Assembly (NCBI GenBank): GCA_965223665.1
Contig: OZ245011.1
Span: forward strand, 2,048,001-2,112,000
DNA length: 64,000 nt
Source: Nitrospinaceae bacterium
GTDB lineage: Bacteria > Nitrospinota > Nitrospinia > Nitrospinales > Nitrospinaceae
Reading direction: 5' to 3'
Below the pieces are notes generated by a model, which was given only the letters and a program-made list of their open reading frames with translations, was not told the DNA's origin and ran no database searches. This document shows positions 42,165 to 51,914 of this stretch, one piece after another (position 1 is the first letter of the stretch; each line of letters begins with the position of its first letter). Made by a program: the position numbers and the translations under genes.

Positions 42165-42859
42165 CTTCTTCTTGATTTTAAGGTTGGCAGATTTGAAGAG
42201 GGCGCAAGCCGCCTCTTCCTGAGCATCGTGGTTTTTTTCCGGGGGTTCTTTTGTTCTTGCCGCTTTTCAAAAAAAATCTTCGGCCATTGGGAAGGTTCTT
42301 GTTATAACAGTATGCAGGTCAATTCCCGGAAAGTAAATCCCCTGCCCCGGACAAATGCGGAATTATTTCACCAGAATGGGGATCTACCAGATCCCATCGT
42401 CGCTAATTCATCCGATTTCAGTCCTCTTTTAAATTTTCCGCCCAACCCGATGAACTTTCATTGAAAAATAACCCCAAATTTTTCGCCAATGATCCCCCGA
42501 TCCGTATATTTTGAGCTTATATATAATATGGAAGATAGTCCTTACTAAATTTTCGTTTTAATTTCGTCCCATTAACAACTCAGTTCTAATTTCCTCGAAT
42601 TTATTCCCAAATTCCCTCAAAAAATCAACCTTTTTGAATTATTCCGGAGCCAAAGAATATTTGAAAAATGGGTATTTACCTTTTTTGGTCTATATGATAA
42701 CATACTCTGGATGTGGTGTGTGTACCATGCCGGGTCACTGACCAAACCCCTCAGGTTGGGACCCGGCAAAACACGCGTTTTTAAACCTTTTCTTTTTAAC
42801 GCAATCCTACCCTTTCTTAAAAACATACCCTTTTTTAGTTAATTTTTCCAGCGCCAAAT

Positions 42860-43105
42860 TCAGCTCTCAGGATCTATCCGTATTTCAGACTTCCTGTTTT
42901 TTAAAGCCCAATAGACTCCCGAGTAAATTGCCAAAAGAATGATTAAAAATCCGACCGGTCCCGTTCCCCCAAAAAAAGCAATCGGGGCTGCCAGGGTGGA
43001 AAAGAAAAATATTTCAAAGAGAAAAAACTCAGACCATATTTTTTTGGATAAGTAATGACTCCTACACAAAATAGTGTATATTTTCAATAAAAAGGACTCT
43101 TTCAT
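42860..43105 (-). CDS. Small membrane hypothetical protein
   Basis: Two hydrophobic segments. Confidence 0.4.
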   Translation of the reverse strand: MKESFLLKIYTILCRSHYLSKKIWSEFFLFEIFFFSTLAAPIAFFGGTGPVGFLIILLAIYSGVYWALKNRKSEIRIDPES

Positions 43106-43131
43106 TTTGAATCTGACCTTAGGAGGAAACC

Positions 43132-44367
43132 ATGGCGCTTTATGCTTTTGATGGAACGTGGAACGAAGATTCTGAAGACGAAGGCGGCGATACCAATGTC
43201 GTTAAGTTTCGTGAATTGTATATAGGACATTCGACTTACCTTTCCGGCGTGGGCACGCGGGGCGGCCGGTTGGGTAAAGTGTTTGGCGGGTTGTTTGGAT
43301 CCGGCGGGCGCACCCGTATTCGAGAAATGTCCGAAGCGCTGGCAGAAAACTGGAAACAAGGCGATCAGGATGTAGACATCATCGGGTTCAGTCGCGGTGC
43401 GGCCCTGGCCGTGCACTTTGCCAACAAGCTGGAGGAAGACGGAGTGGAACTGGATAAAGGCGAAACCATTAAACCTAAAGTGCGCTTCCTCGGGGTGTGG
43501 GACATTGTCGGTTCGTTTGGCCTCAGTTTTGACACCATCATCAACTTTCAAAAAATCAATCTTGGCTGGGATATCGACCGCATTGGAAATAACGTGAGCC
43601 AATGCTGCCATGCCATGGCTTTGGACGAACGTCGCGAAACATTCGACGTAACCCGTCTCGACCCGGAACATAAATTCCGCAATATTGAAGAACGCTGGTT
43701 CCGCGGAGTGCACAGTGACATCGGCGGCGGTAATCAAAATCCGCTGCGGTCCAACATTCCTCTGCAATGGATGCTGCAACATGCGCTGGATGCCGGAGTG
43801 CCAGTGGATATGGAAAAAGCCAAGCAGGATAAATATCGAAAAATCGATCCGGGGGCAAAAATCAGCGAGAATAAAGATGTCCAAATCGATCCGCGTCGTA
43901 AAGTGTTTGCTAACGATGACATCGACGCCAGCGCGCAGCCGCTGAAACTTGCGGTGGGTGTAGAACACACCTGCACCGTGTGGGCGGAGCTGAAGTATAA
44001 CTGGTCCGGAGTGGCGCTGGAAAAAGGCGGGAAGTATAAAGTGTCGACCGCACCGGGAGATAAGTGGGCCGACGATGAGATCATCCGCGGGCCGGAAGGC
44101 TGGGCCACGTTTGAACTGGATCCGGTGGATCGCGAATTTATAAAACTGTTTGAATCCCGGCGCCGGCATCCGCACGGCAACTGGATGGAACTGATCGGTT
44201 CTTATGGCGATGAAGACGACCACCTGATCCGACTCGGTGATGCCGAGCAGGGATGCGAGTTCGAAGCGAAGCACAATGCCGACCTCTACTTGTTCGCCAA
44301 CGATTTAAAAAAGAAGTACGACAACAACGGCGGCGATTTAAAAGTCACCATCACCCGCACCGCGTGA
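43132..44367 (+). CDS. DUF2235 (Tle1-like) alpha/beta hydrolase with C-terminal lectin-like beta domain
   Basis: FDGTWN, TNV, Y.SGVGT, GFSRGA, LGVWD.V, HAMALDERR..F, WFRGVHSDIGGG. C-terminal FAND...Y.NN.G.L.V.I. RBS AGGAGG. Confidence 0.92.
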   Translation: MALYAFDGTWNEDSEDEGGDTNVVKFRELYIGHSTYLSGVGTRGGRLGKVFGGLFGSGGRTRIREMSEALAENWKQGDQDVDIIGFSRGAALAVHFANKLEEDGVELDKGETIKPKVRFLGVWDIVGSFGLSFDTIINFQKINLGWDIDRIGNNVSQCCHAMALDERRETFDVTRLDPEHKFRNIEERWFRGVHSDIGGGNQNPLRSNIPLQWMLQHALDAGVPVDMEKAKQDKYRKIDPGAKISENKDVQIDPRRKVFANDDIDASAQPLKLAVGVEHTCTVWAELKYNWSGVALEKGGKYKVSTAPGDKWADDEIIRGPEGWATFELDPVDREFIKLFESRRRHPHGNWMELIGSYGDEDDHLIRLGDAEQGCEFEAKHNADLYLFANDLKKKYDNNGGDLKVTITRTA

Positions 44368-44638
44368 CGCTGCCAGGCCCCGCCTGGCGGGAGAACTGAT
44401 TTTCGATGCGTGGATGTGTGTTCCGAACGCGTAAATATTTTCGAATAGGCGAATTGCCTCCAACCGCAGATTGGCGGTGACTGGCTGGCCGCCAGAGACC
44501 ACTCGCCGTGGAGGCAACTTTAATTTTCGATGATCCGCGACGAGCACCGAAGGCACCGGGCTCACCCACCTCCTCATCCCCAAAATTTTCAAAGCTGTTC
44601 ATTAAATTGTTAAATTAGGGTTAACCAAATGGATAGTT

Positions 44639-45118
44639 TTAATTTTTTTTAAAAGAAAGAATCCATATTACAATTTCTTTGTAAAAAAATATAACTCCAA
44701 GACAAGATAAAATAAAAAATATTAAATAAATAATTAACCCTACTTTCATTCTTGGTGTAACCTCAAAACTATGCCTTTCCGGAAAAGACTCCGCATCTAT
44801 AACTTTTAGCAGAAGAATATTTTTCTTGGAAAAATAGAAATGATACAAATATTTAAAAATTACCTGCAAGAAAGTTTTATATTCTGTATAAATATAGATC
44901 CTTAGGGTTTCTCCAGGTTTAATTTGGACTGTAACCACATCGGATTTATTGAATCTCATTTCCACACGAATTTCGTGTTCTCCAGGTTCAATCGACAAAC
45001 TCTTAGTTTCATTTTCTTTTAGAAGGAGAGCTTCCTTATCATCCACATAAACCTTCGTGGAACGAAATGGATCTATCCCCGTTTCTCTTCGAAAAATTAT
45101 TGAGCCTTTGTTTTCCAT
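44639..45118 (-). CDS. Hypothetical membrane protein with small beta-sandwich domain
   Basis: KVYVD...L...E......EPGEHEIRV motif, C-terminal TM. Confidence 0.65.
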   Translation of the reverse strand: MENKGSIIFRRETGIDPFRSTKVYVDDKEALLLKENETKSLSIEPGEHEIRVEMRFNKSDVVTVQIKPGETLRIYIYTEYKTFLQVIFKYLYHFYFSKKNILLLKVIDAESFPERHSFEVTPRMKVGLIIYLIFFILSCLGVIFFYKEIVIWILSFKKN

Positions 45119-45124
45119 AGAAAA

Positions 45125-45457
45125 TCAGGACATTTTTAAATAACAGTTAATCGTGCCTGAGATAGAGACCATCATAACAATGATCGACAATACAAGCTGA
45201 AAATAATAATCGAATTTCTTTCCAAACCATTTTTCTTTAAATGACAGGTTTTCATCAGAACAATCAAAAACCGAAGCTCGGTCCTTTTTGGTTTTAATGA
45301 AGTTATGAAGAAACAAACTAAAAAAAAGGAATTGCAAAGCAAAACACCCAATATCTCCCACAATTTCTCCTGTATTCTTTAATTTTTTATTGGAATAGCC
45401 TATTCCCTTTGGGTCTAAACCAAAGGGCATTTTTTTCAGAATTAAATTTTCATCCAA
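45125..45457 (-). CDS. Hypothetical membrane protein, possibly degenerate
   Basis: Two hydrophobic segments. Start unclear. Confidence 0.35.
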   Translation of the reverse strand: MDENLILKKMPFGLDPKGIGYSNKKLKNTGEIVGDIGCFALQFLFFSLFLHNFIKTKKDRASVFDCSDENLSFKEKWFGKKFDYYFQLVLSIIVMMVSISGTINCYLKMS

Positions 45458-45565
45458 TTATAGCGTATCGAACCACGCGGAGGGAGAGGAGAAAATGGTT
45501 TTTTGATTTGTGACGAAAGGAAATAGGAGAATGGGGTAAGAAGTTTTCGATTGGCAGTGAGCAAG

Positions 45566-45617
45566 GAAATACGAAAATAACAGCGGCGACTTAAAAGTCA
45601 CTATCACTCGTACAGGT
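45566..45617 (+). pseudogene. Short diverged remnant of the DUF2235 gene 3' end
   Basis: Reads KYENNSGDLKVTITRTG, versus KYDNNGGDLKVTITRTA* in the intact gene. Confidence 0.75.
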
Positions 45618-45686
45618 AAAAACGTACCTCACTGGGACTGGGTATAAAAAATTCTCGGATTTTTTCCAAACAAGGTTGACGGAAGT

Positions 45687-46124
45687 TTATTTTATTTTTT
45701 CAAGCAATTCAGCGGCAATGAGCCAACCATCTACTCCGCGCCAGTTTTGAGAAAGTTCACTTGGTGTCCCTGGCATTATCATAACTCCCTCTCCCCCACC
45801 CCTAAGAACTTCATCGGAATCCACAAATCGAACTTCAGCAAAACGATTCACAAATTCTTTTTCATTATTTATACCGTCTTGGAGTGGACGAAGAGAACAA
45901 CCTCCACAATGACTTCCATCATTGTCACACTGCCGAGTTTTACAATATTTAAAAACATTTTTAAGATCATAAATGGAAATTTTTTCTGACAAAGAATTTA
46001 AAAATGAATCAATACCCTCGTGCTTACAATCCAACACAATATCAAAAACCGTAAGCTTAGTTCCTTCTAAGTGAGGGTTCTCATTAATTTGGTTATTCAC
46101 AATCACATATCGATATTCTGGCAT
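45687..46124 (-). CDS. Putative Rhs immunity protein, DUF433-like N-terminus plus Cys cluster
   Basis: I.NNQI.ENPHLEGTKLTVFDIV...ISIYDLKNVFKY, then CKTRQC..HCGGC. TAATG overlap with the Rhs stop. Confidence 0.7.
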   Translation of the reverse strand: MPEYRYVIVNNQINENPHLEGTKLTVFDIVLDCKHEGIDSFLNSLSEKISIYDLKNVFKYCKTRQCDNDGSHCGGCSLRPLQDGINNEKEFVNRFAEVRFVDSDEVLRGGGEGVMIMPGTPSELSQNWRGVDGWLIAAELLEKIK

Positions 46125-47432
46125 TACAATCCACTCTTTAAAATACGTAAAATATCATCAAAGTTTCGAACCCTTGAATCTACCTGAATGGCATTATTTC
46201 CAAACCCCTGACCGATCTGACGTCCACGATCTCTAGTTAAAACCTTTGCACCAATTTTATTTGCAAGCTGATTAATTGCAGAATCTCCAACATCTTTTCC
46301 AAAAATTTCACTTACAGATCGAACATTAAATCCATTAACACGGAGTATATCAACTAAGCCTTTAGCCTCCAAGTTTGTATCAAGAATAATTGGGGTTCCT
46401 GAATCTGAAAAACCTGCTTTCTTTCTCAGAATCGCCCTAGTTGTATTGACTAACGACCCGAAATTTTTAGGATTTTTTCCAAATCCACTAATGAAATTAA
46501 AAATCTTTGAAAAAAAGTTCTTAATGGGATTTTTCCCAATACTAACCAAAACTCCAGCGATTCCTATTCCAACTTTCCCAATTGAGGCAAAATCATAAGG
46601 AGCAAACAGAGGATCTTCAAGACCCAATCCATCAAAAGCACCAGTATAAGAAGATTCGAATCCAAAAAAATGAACATTTTTATCCAAATTGAGACCTCCC
46701 AATAAATTTGGATTACTTGATTTTTCAGCAAAAGGATTTTTGAGATCAGCAAAATCAAGAACTTCGCCATATCGACTATAAACACCACCTTGAATTTCTC
46801 CTACAAACCCCTGTCCACCTCCATCCAGACCTCCACCTAAATCATAGGAGAACGGTTCATATTCAAAGTGCCGAGAGATATCGCTCAAATGCCGCTCCCT
46901 GGAATTACCGCCTAAATAACCCCCTCCAAAACTGTAATCAGGGAAACTTCCTGAGGGATCGGTATAAATAATGGGGTTGTTGCGGACATAGCTGTAGCGG
47001 TTCAAATCCTGTGGGTTGAACGGATCCGGCACAATGGAATCGGATTGAATAAATCGTCCTAAATTTGGATCATAGTAACGCGCCTCATAGAAATAGAGAT
47101 CGGTACTGTCGTCCAACTCCTTGCCGGTGAATTTGTAGCGGGAATTAAACGGCCCGTCATTATCGTTCACCTTGCCGTAAGGATAGTAAGAAACATCCTG
47201 GACATTGTTTCCATTGCTGTCGGTGACCACACTTGTAGAACTCAGGTGATCATCGTGAAAATACAACGGGTTCGTGCCGTTGGAGTTCATCTGCGCAATA
47301 CGAAAGCCACCGGCAAAAATAAAATTGATGCAATTTCCGTTCTCACAAACATGAAGTTGACCGATGTAAATGGTATCGACACCATTAACGGTTTTTTTCA
47401 CGCGACCGCCGTCCCCGTCGTACTCAAACTTG
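46124..47432 (-). pseudogene. rhs: 5'-truncated (orphan) Rhs core with C-terminal PIN-like (DUF5615/Mut7-C-type) toxin domain
   Basis: YDGDGGRVKK, DHLSST, FTGKELD, ARYYDP.LGRF, LNRYSYV.NNP..YTDPSG. C-terminus ILDTNL...LR..GF.V.SV...D..I...A......VLTRDR. Confidence 0.88.
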
Positions 47433-48124
47433 GTGACATCGGCGGCGGTAATCAAAATCCGCTGCGGTCCAACATTCCTCTGCAATGGATGCTGCAACAT
47501 GCGCTCGATGCCGGAGTGCCAGTGGATATGGAAAAAGCCAAGCAGGATAAATATCGAAAAATCGATCCGGGGGCAAAGATCAGCGAGAATAAAGATGTCC
47601 AAATCGATCCGCGTCGTAAAGTGTTTGCTAACGATGACATCGACGCCAGCGCGCAGCCGCTGAAACTTGCGGTGGGTGTAGAACACACCTGCACCGTGTG
47701 GGCGGAGCTGAAGTACAACTGGTCCGGAGTGGCGCTGGAAAAAGGCGGGAAGTATAAAGTGTCGACCGCACCGGGAGATAAGTGGGCCGACGATGAGATC
47801 ATCCGCGGACCGGAAGGCTGGGCCACGTTTGAACTGGATCCGGTGGATCGCGAATTTATAAAACTGTTTGAATCCCGGCGCCGGCATCCGCACGGCAACT
47901 GGATGGAACTGATCGGTTCTTATGGCGATGAAGACGACCACCTGATCCGGCTCGGTGATGCCGAGCAGGGATGCGAGTTCGAAGCAGAGCACAATGCCGA
48001 CCTCTACTTGTTCGCCAACGATTTAAAAAAGAAGTACGCCAACAACAGCGGCGATTTAAAAGTTACCATCACCCGCACCGCGTGACGCTGCCAGGCCCCG
48101 CCTGGCGGGAGAATTGATTTGCGA
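47433..48124 (+). repeat. Near-identical duplicate of the 3' half of the DUF2235 gene and its downstream hairpin (43715-44406)
   Basis: Constant offset of 3718 bp (stops at 44367 and 48085), few substitutions. Lacks the GFSRG catalytic half. Confidence 0.93.
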
Positions 48125-48313
48125 TGACTGGCTGGCCGCCATGGACCACTCGCCGTGGAGGCAACTTATATTTACGATTATCCTCAGTGGACGCAAAGTC
48201 CTCAGAAACTTTTTAAAAGTTACGACCTTCACAAAAAAATCTAAAAAGGAAAGTCGAAGCGCTCCCTCTTTTTAAAGAGGGCTGGGGTGATTTTCCTCTG
48301 TTTCTTGTAAAGC

Positions 48314-48775
48314 TCATAAAATATTTTTCATACTTAAAGGGAACATATTTAATATATTCCATAGACCAATTATTGAATTACCCGCTGGAGCCCAAATGAA
48401 TTGGCCGGTTCTTTTTAACTCGAGCAATGTGCATTTTGTTTTTATGTCTTCTGGAGGAGCTCCCGGAGGAAGATAAATCATCTTTCCCCCTGGAACATCC
48501 TCAATGTTCACCAACACCAGTTTTTTGTCGTAAAAAGAGGCCACGGCTCTAGTGCCCATAGCAGTCCATTTTTCTTCACTCTCCCAGAATATGATTACGG
48601 GATAAATATTTTCGGGTATCGTTTTAATAATTATGTTGGCCCGTTCAGTGGAAATATCAGAAAACTTAAAACATTGTTCTCCAAATATTTTATGCTTTCC
48701 AGCTTTCCAAAGAATTCGGTTACTGTACCACTCATCTTTTTTCTGAATTTCTTCCATATCTTCTTTCATATTCAA
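48314..48775 (-). CDS. Hypothetical protein (orphan immunity candidate)
   Basis: 153-aa AT-rich ORF in a string of small co-oriented genes. Confidence 0.6.
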   Translation of the reverse strand: MNMKEDMEEIQKKDEWYSNRILWKAGKHKIFGEQCFKFSDISTERANIIIKTIPENIYPVIIFWESEEKWTAMGTRAVASFYDKKLVLVNIEDVPGGKMIYLPPGAPPEDIKTKCTLLELKRTGQFIWAPAGNSIIGLWNILNMFPLSMKNIL

Positions 48776-48812
48776 ATCAATTTAATCTGCTTCATTTAAT
48801 CAAGTGGCAATA

Positions 48813-49103
48813 TCAAAGTTCTACTTCTTCCCAGGGGGAAGATTCGTCTTTGCGGACGATGGCCAGGTTGGCGGGGGTGTCGATATATTCCTCAAGTGTC
48901 GGTTCAATTTTTAAAACATCCTCCACCGAACACACTTTCGCGTTTTCCCAGTCTTCCTCGTCGGTCGAGTTACACAAAAATTGCCAGCCGCTGTCGTATT
49001 CCTCTTCCGGTTCATCGCGAACGGCTAACAGTATCGGTGATTTTCCTTCCGCAATATGCGAACACAACACCACTGCCAATTCTCGACCAATCTTCTCTTC
49101 CAC
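48813..49103 (-). CDS. DUF2185/Imm33-like immunity protein
   Basis: PILLAVRDEP...DSGWQFL...E.D......V......IEP. Confidence 0.75.
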   Translation of the reverse strand: MEEKIGRELAVVLCSHIAEGKSPILLAVRDEPEEEYDSGWQFLCNSTDEEDWENAKVCSVEDVLKIEPTLEEYIDTPANLAIVRKDESSPWEEVEL

Positions 49104-49120
49104 TATTTTCTCCTGAAAAG

Positions 49121-49975
49121 TTAATTGATATCACTCATTGTATTTTCAACCATTCTTCGAATTTCCCTATCAGCCAACAAGGGCTCTAATATACCCAACA
49201 ACTGTTCTTTTTTTGCATCAGGATTTAAGCGGGCTAAACGACCTAGGCAGGCTACAGTCACCATGCGAACCTCAATAGCCTCATGCTTTAACAAAGGTAA
49301 ACATTTTTCAAGAAGCCAGTCATAATCAGAAATAAAATGTACCGCTCCAATAATGGCATCGGTCATTCTAAAAATATCTTTTCCTTCAATAGCATGAGAG
49401 AATTCTTTTTTGCTTATTTCTTCTGGTTCCGTATATTTCACATCTATTAGTCCCAAAATTGAATGACCGGATTTAATGGCATCGATTCCCTCAGCCCAAT
49501 CCGATTCATCGTCCTCCTCAAACAATGGGATTTGACCAAGATAGGGAGTCACCGCATCCAGGTAAGCAACCACCACCTCTTTTTCTTTAGTCGGCCATGA
49601 TGAAAATTTTAATTTTTCTAAGTTTTCAAACAGATTCAATCCATACAAATCATTCTGAGACTCCGGTGGGGCTAGCACTTCCAGTATACGGGGAAGAAAA
49701 TATTTATATTTTTCAACTCCATAAAAATGGTCGAAAACTTCATGGAGAAGTATTCGAGCCATATCTGTGTTTATTTCAGCCACCGGAGTGGACTTTAAAT
49801 ATTCCATCTCCTTTTCGGTGTAACATACCGGACAAAAATCTATCCCTTTCCCATCATATATTGAGAATTGTTCGTACAGTTGAGCAATGGCGGATTTCAG
49901 CTCTGCGGGCCGCAGCTCCGGATTCTCCTTTCTCAAGTCTTTAGTTTGTTGCTTCTTAAAAAAATTGAAAACCAT
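49121..49975 (-). CDS. Two-domain helical protein with HEAT-like C-terminus (immunity candidate)
   Basis: CPVC, KYFLPRILE, then DYDWLLEKCL.LLKH....VR...VACLGRLAR. Confidence 0.65.
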   Translation of the reverse strand: MVFNFFKKQQTKDLRKENPELRPAELKSAIAQLYEQFSIYDGKGIDFCPVCYTEKEMEYLKSTPVAEINTDMARILLHEVFDHFYGVEKYKYFLPRILEVLAPPESQNDLYGLNLFENLEKLKFSSWPTKEKEVVVAYLDAVTPYLGQIPLFEEDDESDWAEGIDAIKSGHSILGLIDVKYTEPEEISKKEFSHAIEGKDIFRMTDAIIGAVHFISDYDWLLEKCLPLLKHEAIEVRMVTVACLGRLARLNPDAKKEQLLGILEPLLADREIRRMVENTMSDIN

Positions 49976-50198
49976 TTCATTGTCAGGTTGACGTTTTTAA
50001 TCGAGTTTCTATCATCCCCTGCCATTCTACTAAAAACTTTGTAAAGTGGGTGGGTATTTTGAATATTTTTTTAGCCAAAACAGGTTGGTTTTATGGGTGA
50101 GTCGAAGGTCAGATGAAGTTTTGATTATCCATCGAGTTTGTGCTAAAACTCTCAGACTGTGTTATTTCTCGAAATCATTTTATAGGATTTTCAATATC

Positions 50199-50882
50199 GT
50201 GCGTTACCGATTGTTAAAAAGTTTAATGTTGCTTTTGGGTATACTCCTTCTTCTTTCAGGATGCTCATCTGTTCCTGCTACTTTTAAAGAAATTTTGAAA
50301 AAGAAGCCCGCCCTTTCCCTGGGACTCAACGAAACCGCACATCCATTTCAACTTTACAAAATAAAAATGGATTTGTGGGAGCAACAACAGACCGGCCGGG
50401 CCAAACGGTTGTGCAGGGGAAATTCCTGCTCTAATAAACCGAGAATAAACTGGCTTGGAAATTTTGACGTCACGACCCAGAAAATCGCAAACTATTTTTA
50501 TGAGAAGTTTAAAGAATCCGGTTATCCCGTTCGAAAGACTATTATTAAAAAGGAAAGGCCTTCTAAAAAAATTATCGATCCCCAAAACTCTTTTGAAGAA
50601 GAAACGAAGAGGTTCCCCAATTTCCTGATCGGTGGGAAAATCGTTGAGTATAAACCCGCTTATAAAATGTCCGAGTTTTTTATTACCGAAGGCGCTTATT
50701 TAATAATCTTATGGCAAGTTTATTCCAAAGAAAAAAGGGAAGTGGTCTTTGAAGTTCTTACGATTGGGGCTACCGCAAATCCAGGAAGCATTTCTCAAGG
50801 GTTTAATTTTGCCTTACTGAATAATATAGACAATTTATTGGGTGATAAATCGTTTAATGAATTTATTAAAATCAAACATTGA
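50199..50882 (+). CDS. Hypothetical lipoprotein
   Basis: Lipobox LSGC. Start probably GTG 50199 rather than 50046. Confidence 0.7.
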   Translation: MRYRLLKSLMLLLGILLLLSGCSSVPATFKEILKKKPALSLGLNETAHPFQLYKIKMDLWEQQQTGRAKRLCRGNSCSNKPRINWLGNFDVTTQKIANYFYEKFKESGYPVRKTIIKKERPSKKIIDPQNSFEEETKRFPNFLIGGKIVEYKPAYKMSEFFITEGAYLIILWQVYSKEKREVVFEVLTIGATANPGSISQGFNFALLNNIDNLLGDKSFNEFIKIKH

Positions 50883-50894
50883 TTAGACTCGAAT

Positions 50895-51617
50895 ATGAAG
50901 ATAACCACAACTCACTTTAAATTCACCCGGGTCGGTTCAAGATTTCCCGTCCTGATATTTTATATCACTGCATCGTTGACCCTGTTATTCGGTTGTTCCA
51001 CTCCGGCCAAACTGGAAACTCGTACCGTAGCAAAGGAAGAAATCCAGGAACCCATCAAGATGAAAAAAACCAAAACGTTTCAGCTTGGAGAGATAATACT
51101 TGGATTCGATCATGGAACTGTCATCGGAACCAAGAAATCGCTGTTATTAGGACTGGTGGGTTGTGTCGGTTCCGAGAAAATTAAATGGGAAGGTAAAACC
51201 ACAATCACTCAAGATAATTTTTATGCTATTTTTTACGACGAATTTCGCCGGGACGGTTACCAGGTTTTAGGCGACCCGCGTGAACTCTTTCCTCCCAAAA
51301 ATCCGGAAACTCCAGAGTTGGTCGTCGGCGTTAAAATTCTTAAGGCAAAACTTGATCATTGCTCCGACAACCAAAGTTTATATTCCAAAAGAGATGTGAC
51401 CTTAAAAATTCAATTTGAATTTTATTCCGTAAGTTTAGAAAAAGTAATGTTTGAAATTATTACGGAATCTTCCATTACAGGGTATGAGAACGGGACGGAA
51501 TTAGGGGCTTTCCTGGAAACCTTTCGCGGAAACGTGAAACAAATTATTCAGGATGAAAAGTTCAATGAGTTTATTAAATCAGGGTCTGAAACCCCGTCAC
51601 CCTTTATTAAAAGCTGA
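50895..51617 (+). CDS. Hypothetical lipoprotein, paralogue of the previous gene
   Basis: Lipobox LFGC. Shared FY..F...GY.V, YS.....V.FE..T and D..FNEFIK. Confidence 0.72.
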   Translation: MKITTTHFKFTRVGSRFPVLIFYITASLTLLFGCSTPAKLETRTVAKEEIQEPIKMKKTKTFQLGEIILGFDHGTVIGTKKSLLLGLVGCVGSEKIKWEGKTTITQDNFYAIFYDEFRRDGYQVLGDPRELFPPKNPETPELVVGVKILKAKLDHCSDNQSLYSKRDVTLKIQFEFYSVSLEKVMFEIITESSITGYENGTELGAFLETFRGNVKQIIQDEKFNEFIKSGSETPSPFIKS

Positions 51618-51914
51618 GAGGAGAATGAAAGGCCCGCTCCAACCAACACGTTCCATCAACCCGAATTTAAGCCAAATAAACTAAAGCTCAATTAACGTAC
51701 GCGTGGGTTCCTTATATAACAGGGACCTTCTTAAAAGAGACTGCTTTTTATAGGCCGGGGAATGCAACGGCGGAATCTCTGCGCTCACCTTCACCGCCCG
51801 TGTGTTTAAAATCGTTATTTTATATTTTGTTTTATTGGGTTTCGTATCCATTTTAATTCTAAAGCTCCATACGGTTTGACACATTTTTTTAAACGGCATT
51901 TTTCCAACATCCCT

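Noticed and set aside
41865-42464. 199-aa plus-strand ORF
   Set aside because: It is antisense to the more protein-like 41880-42164 ORF and has no recognisable motifs.
43102-44274. 390-aa minus-strand ORF
   Set aside because: It is the codon-aligned antisense shadow of the DUF2235 gene, with no motifs.
43132-47432. A complete T6SS effector locus
   Set aside because: No vgrG, PAAR, hcp or structural genes are in the window, so the delivery route cannot be assigned.
47433-47992. N-terminal 187 aa of the 622-aa Rhs ORF as genuine Rhs sequence
   Set aside because: It is the antisense of the duplicated DUF2235 segment. Rhs similarity starts at 47432.
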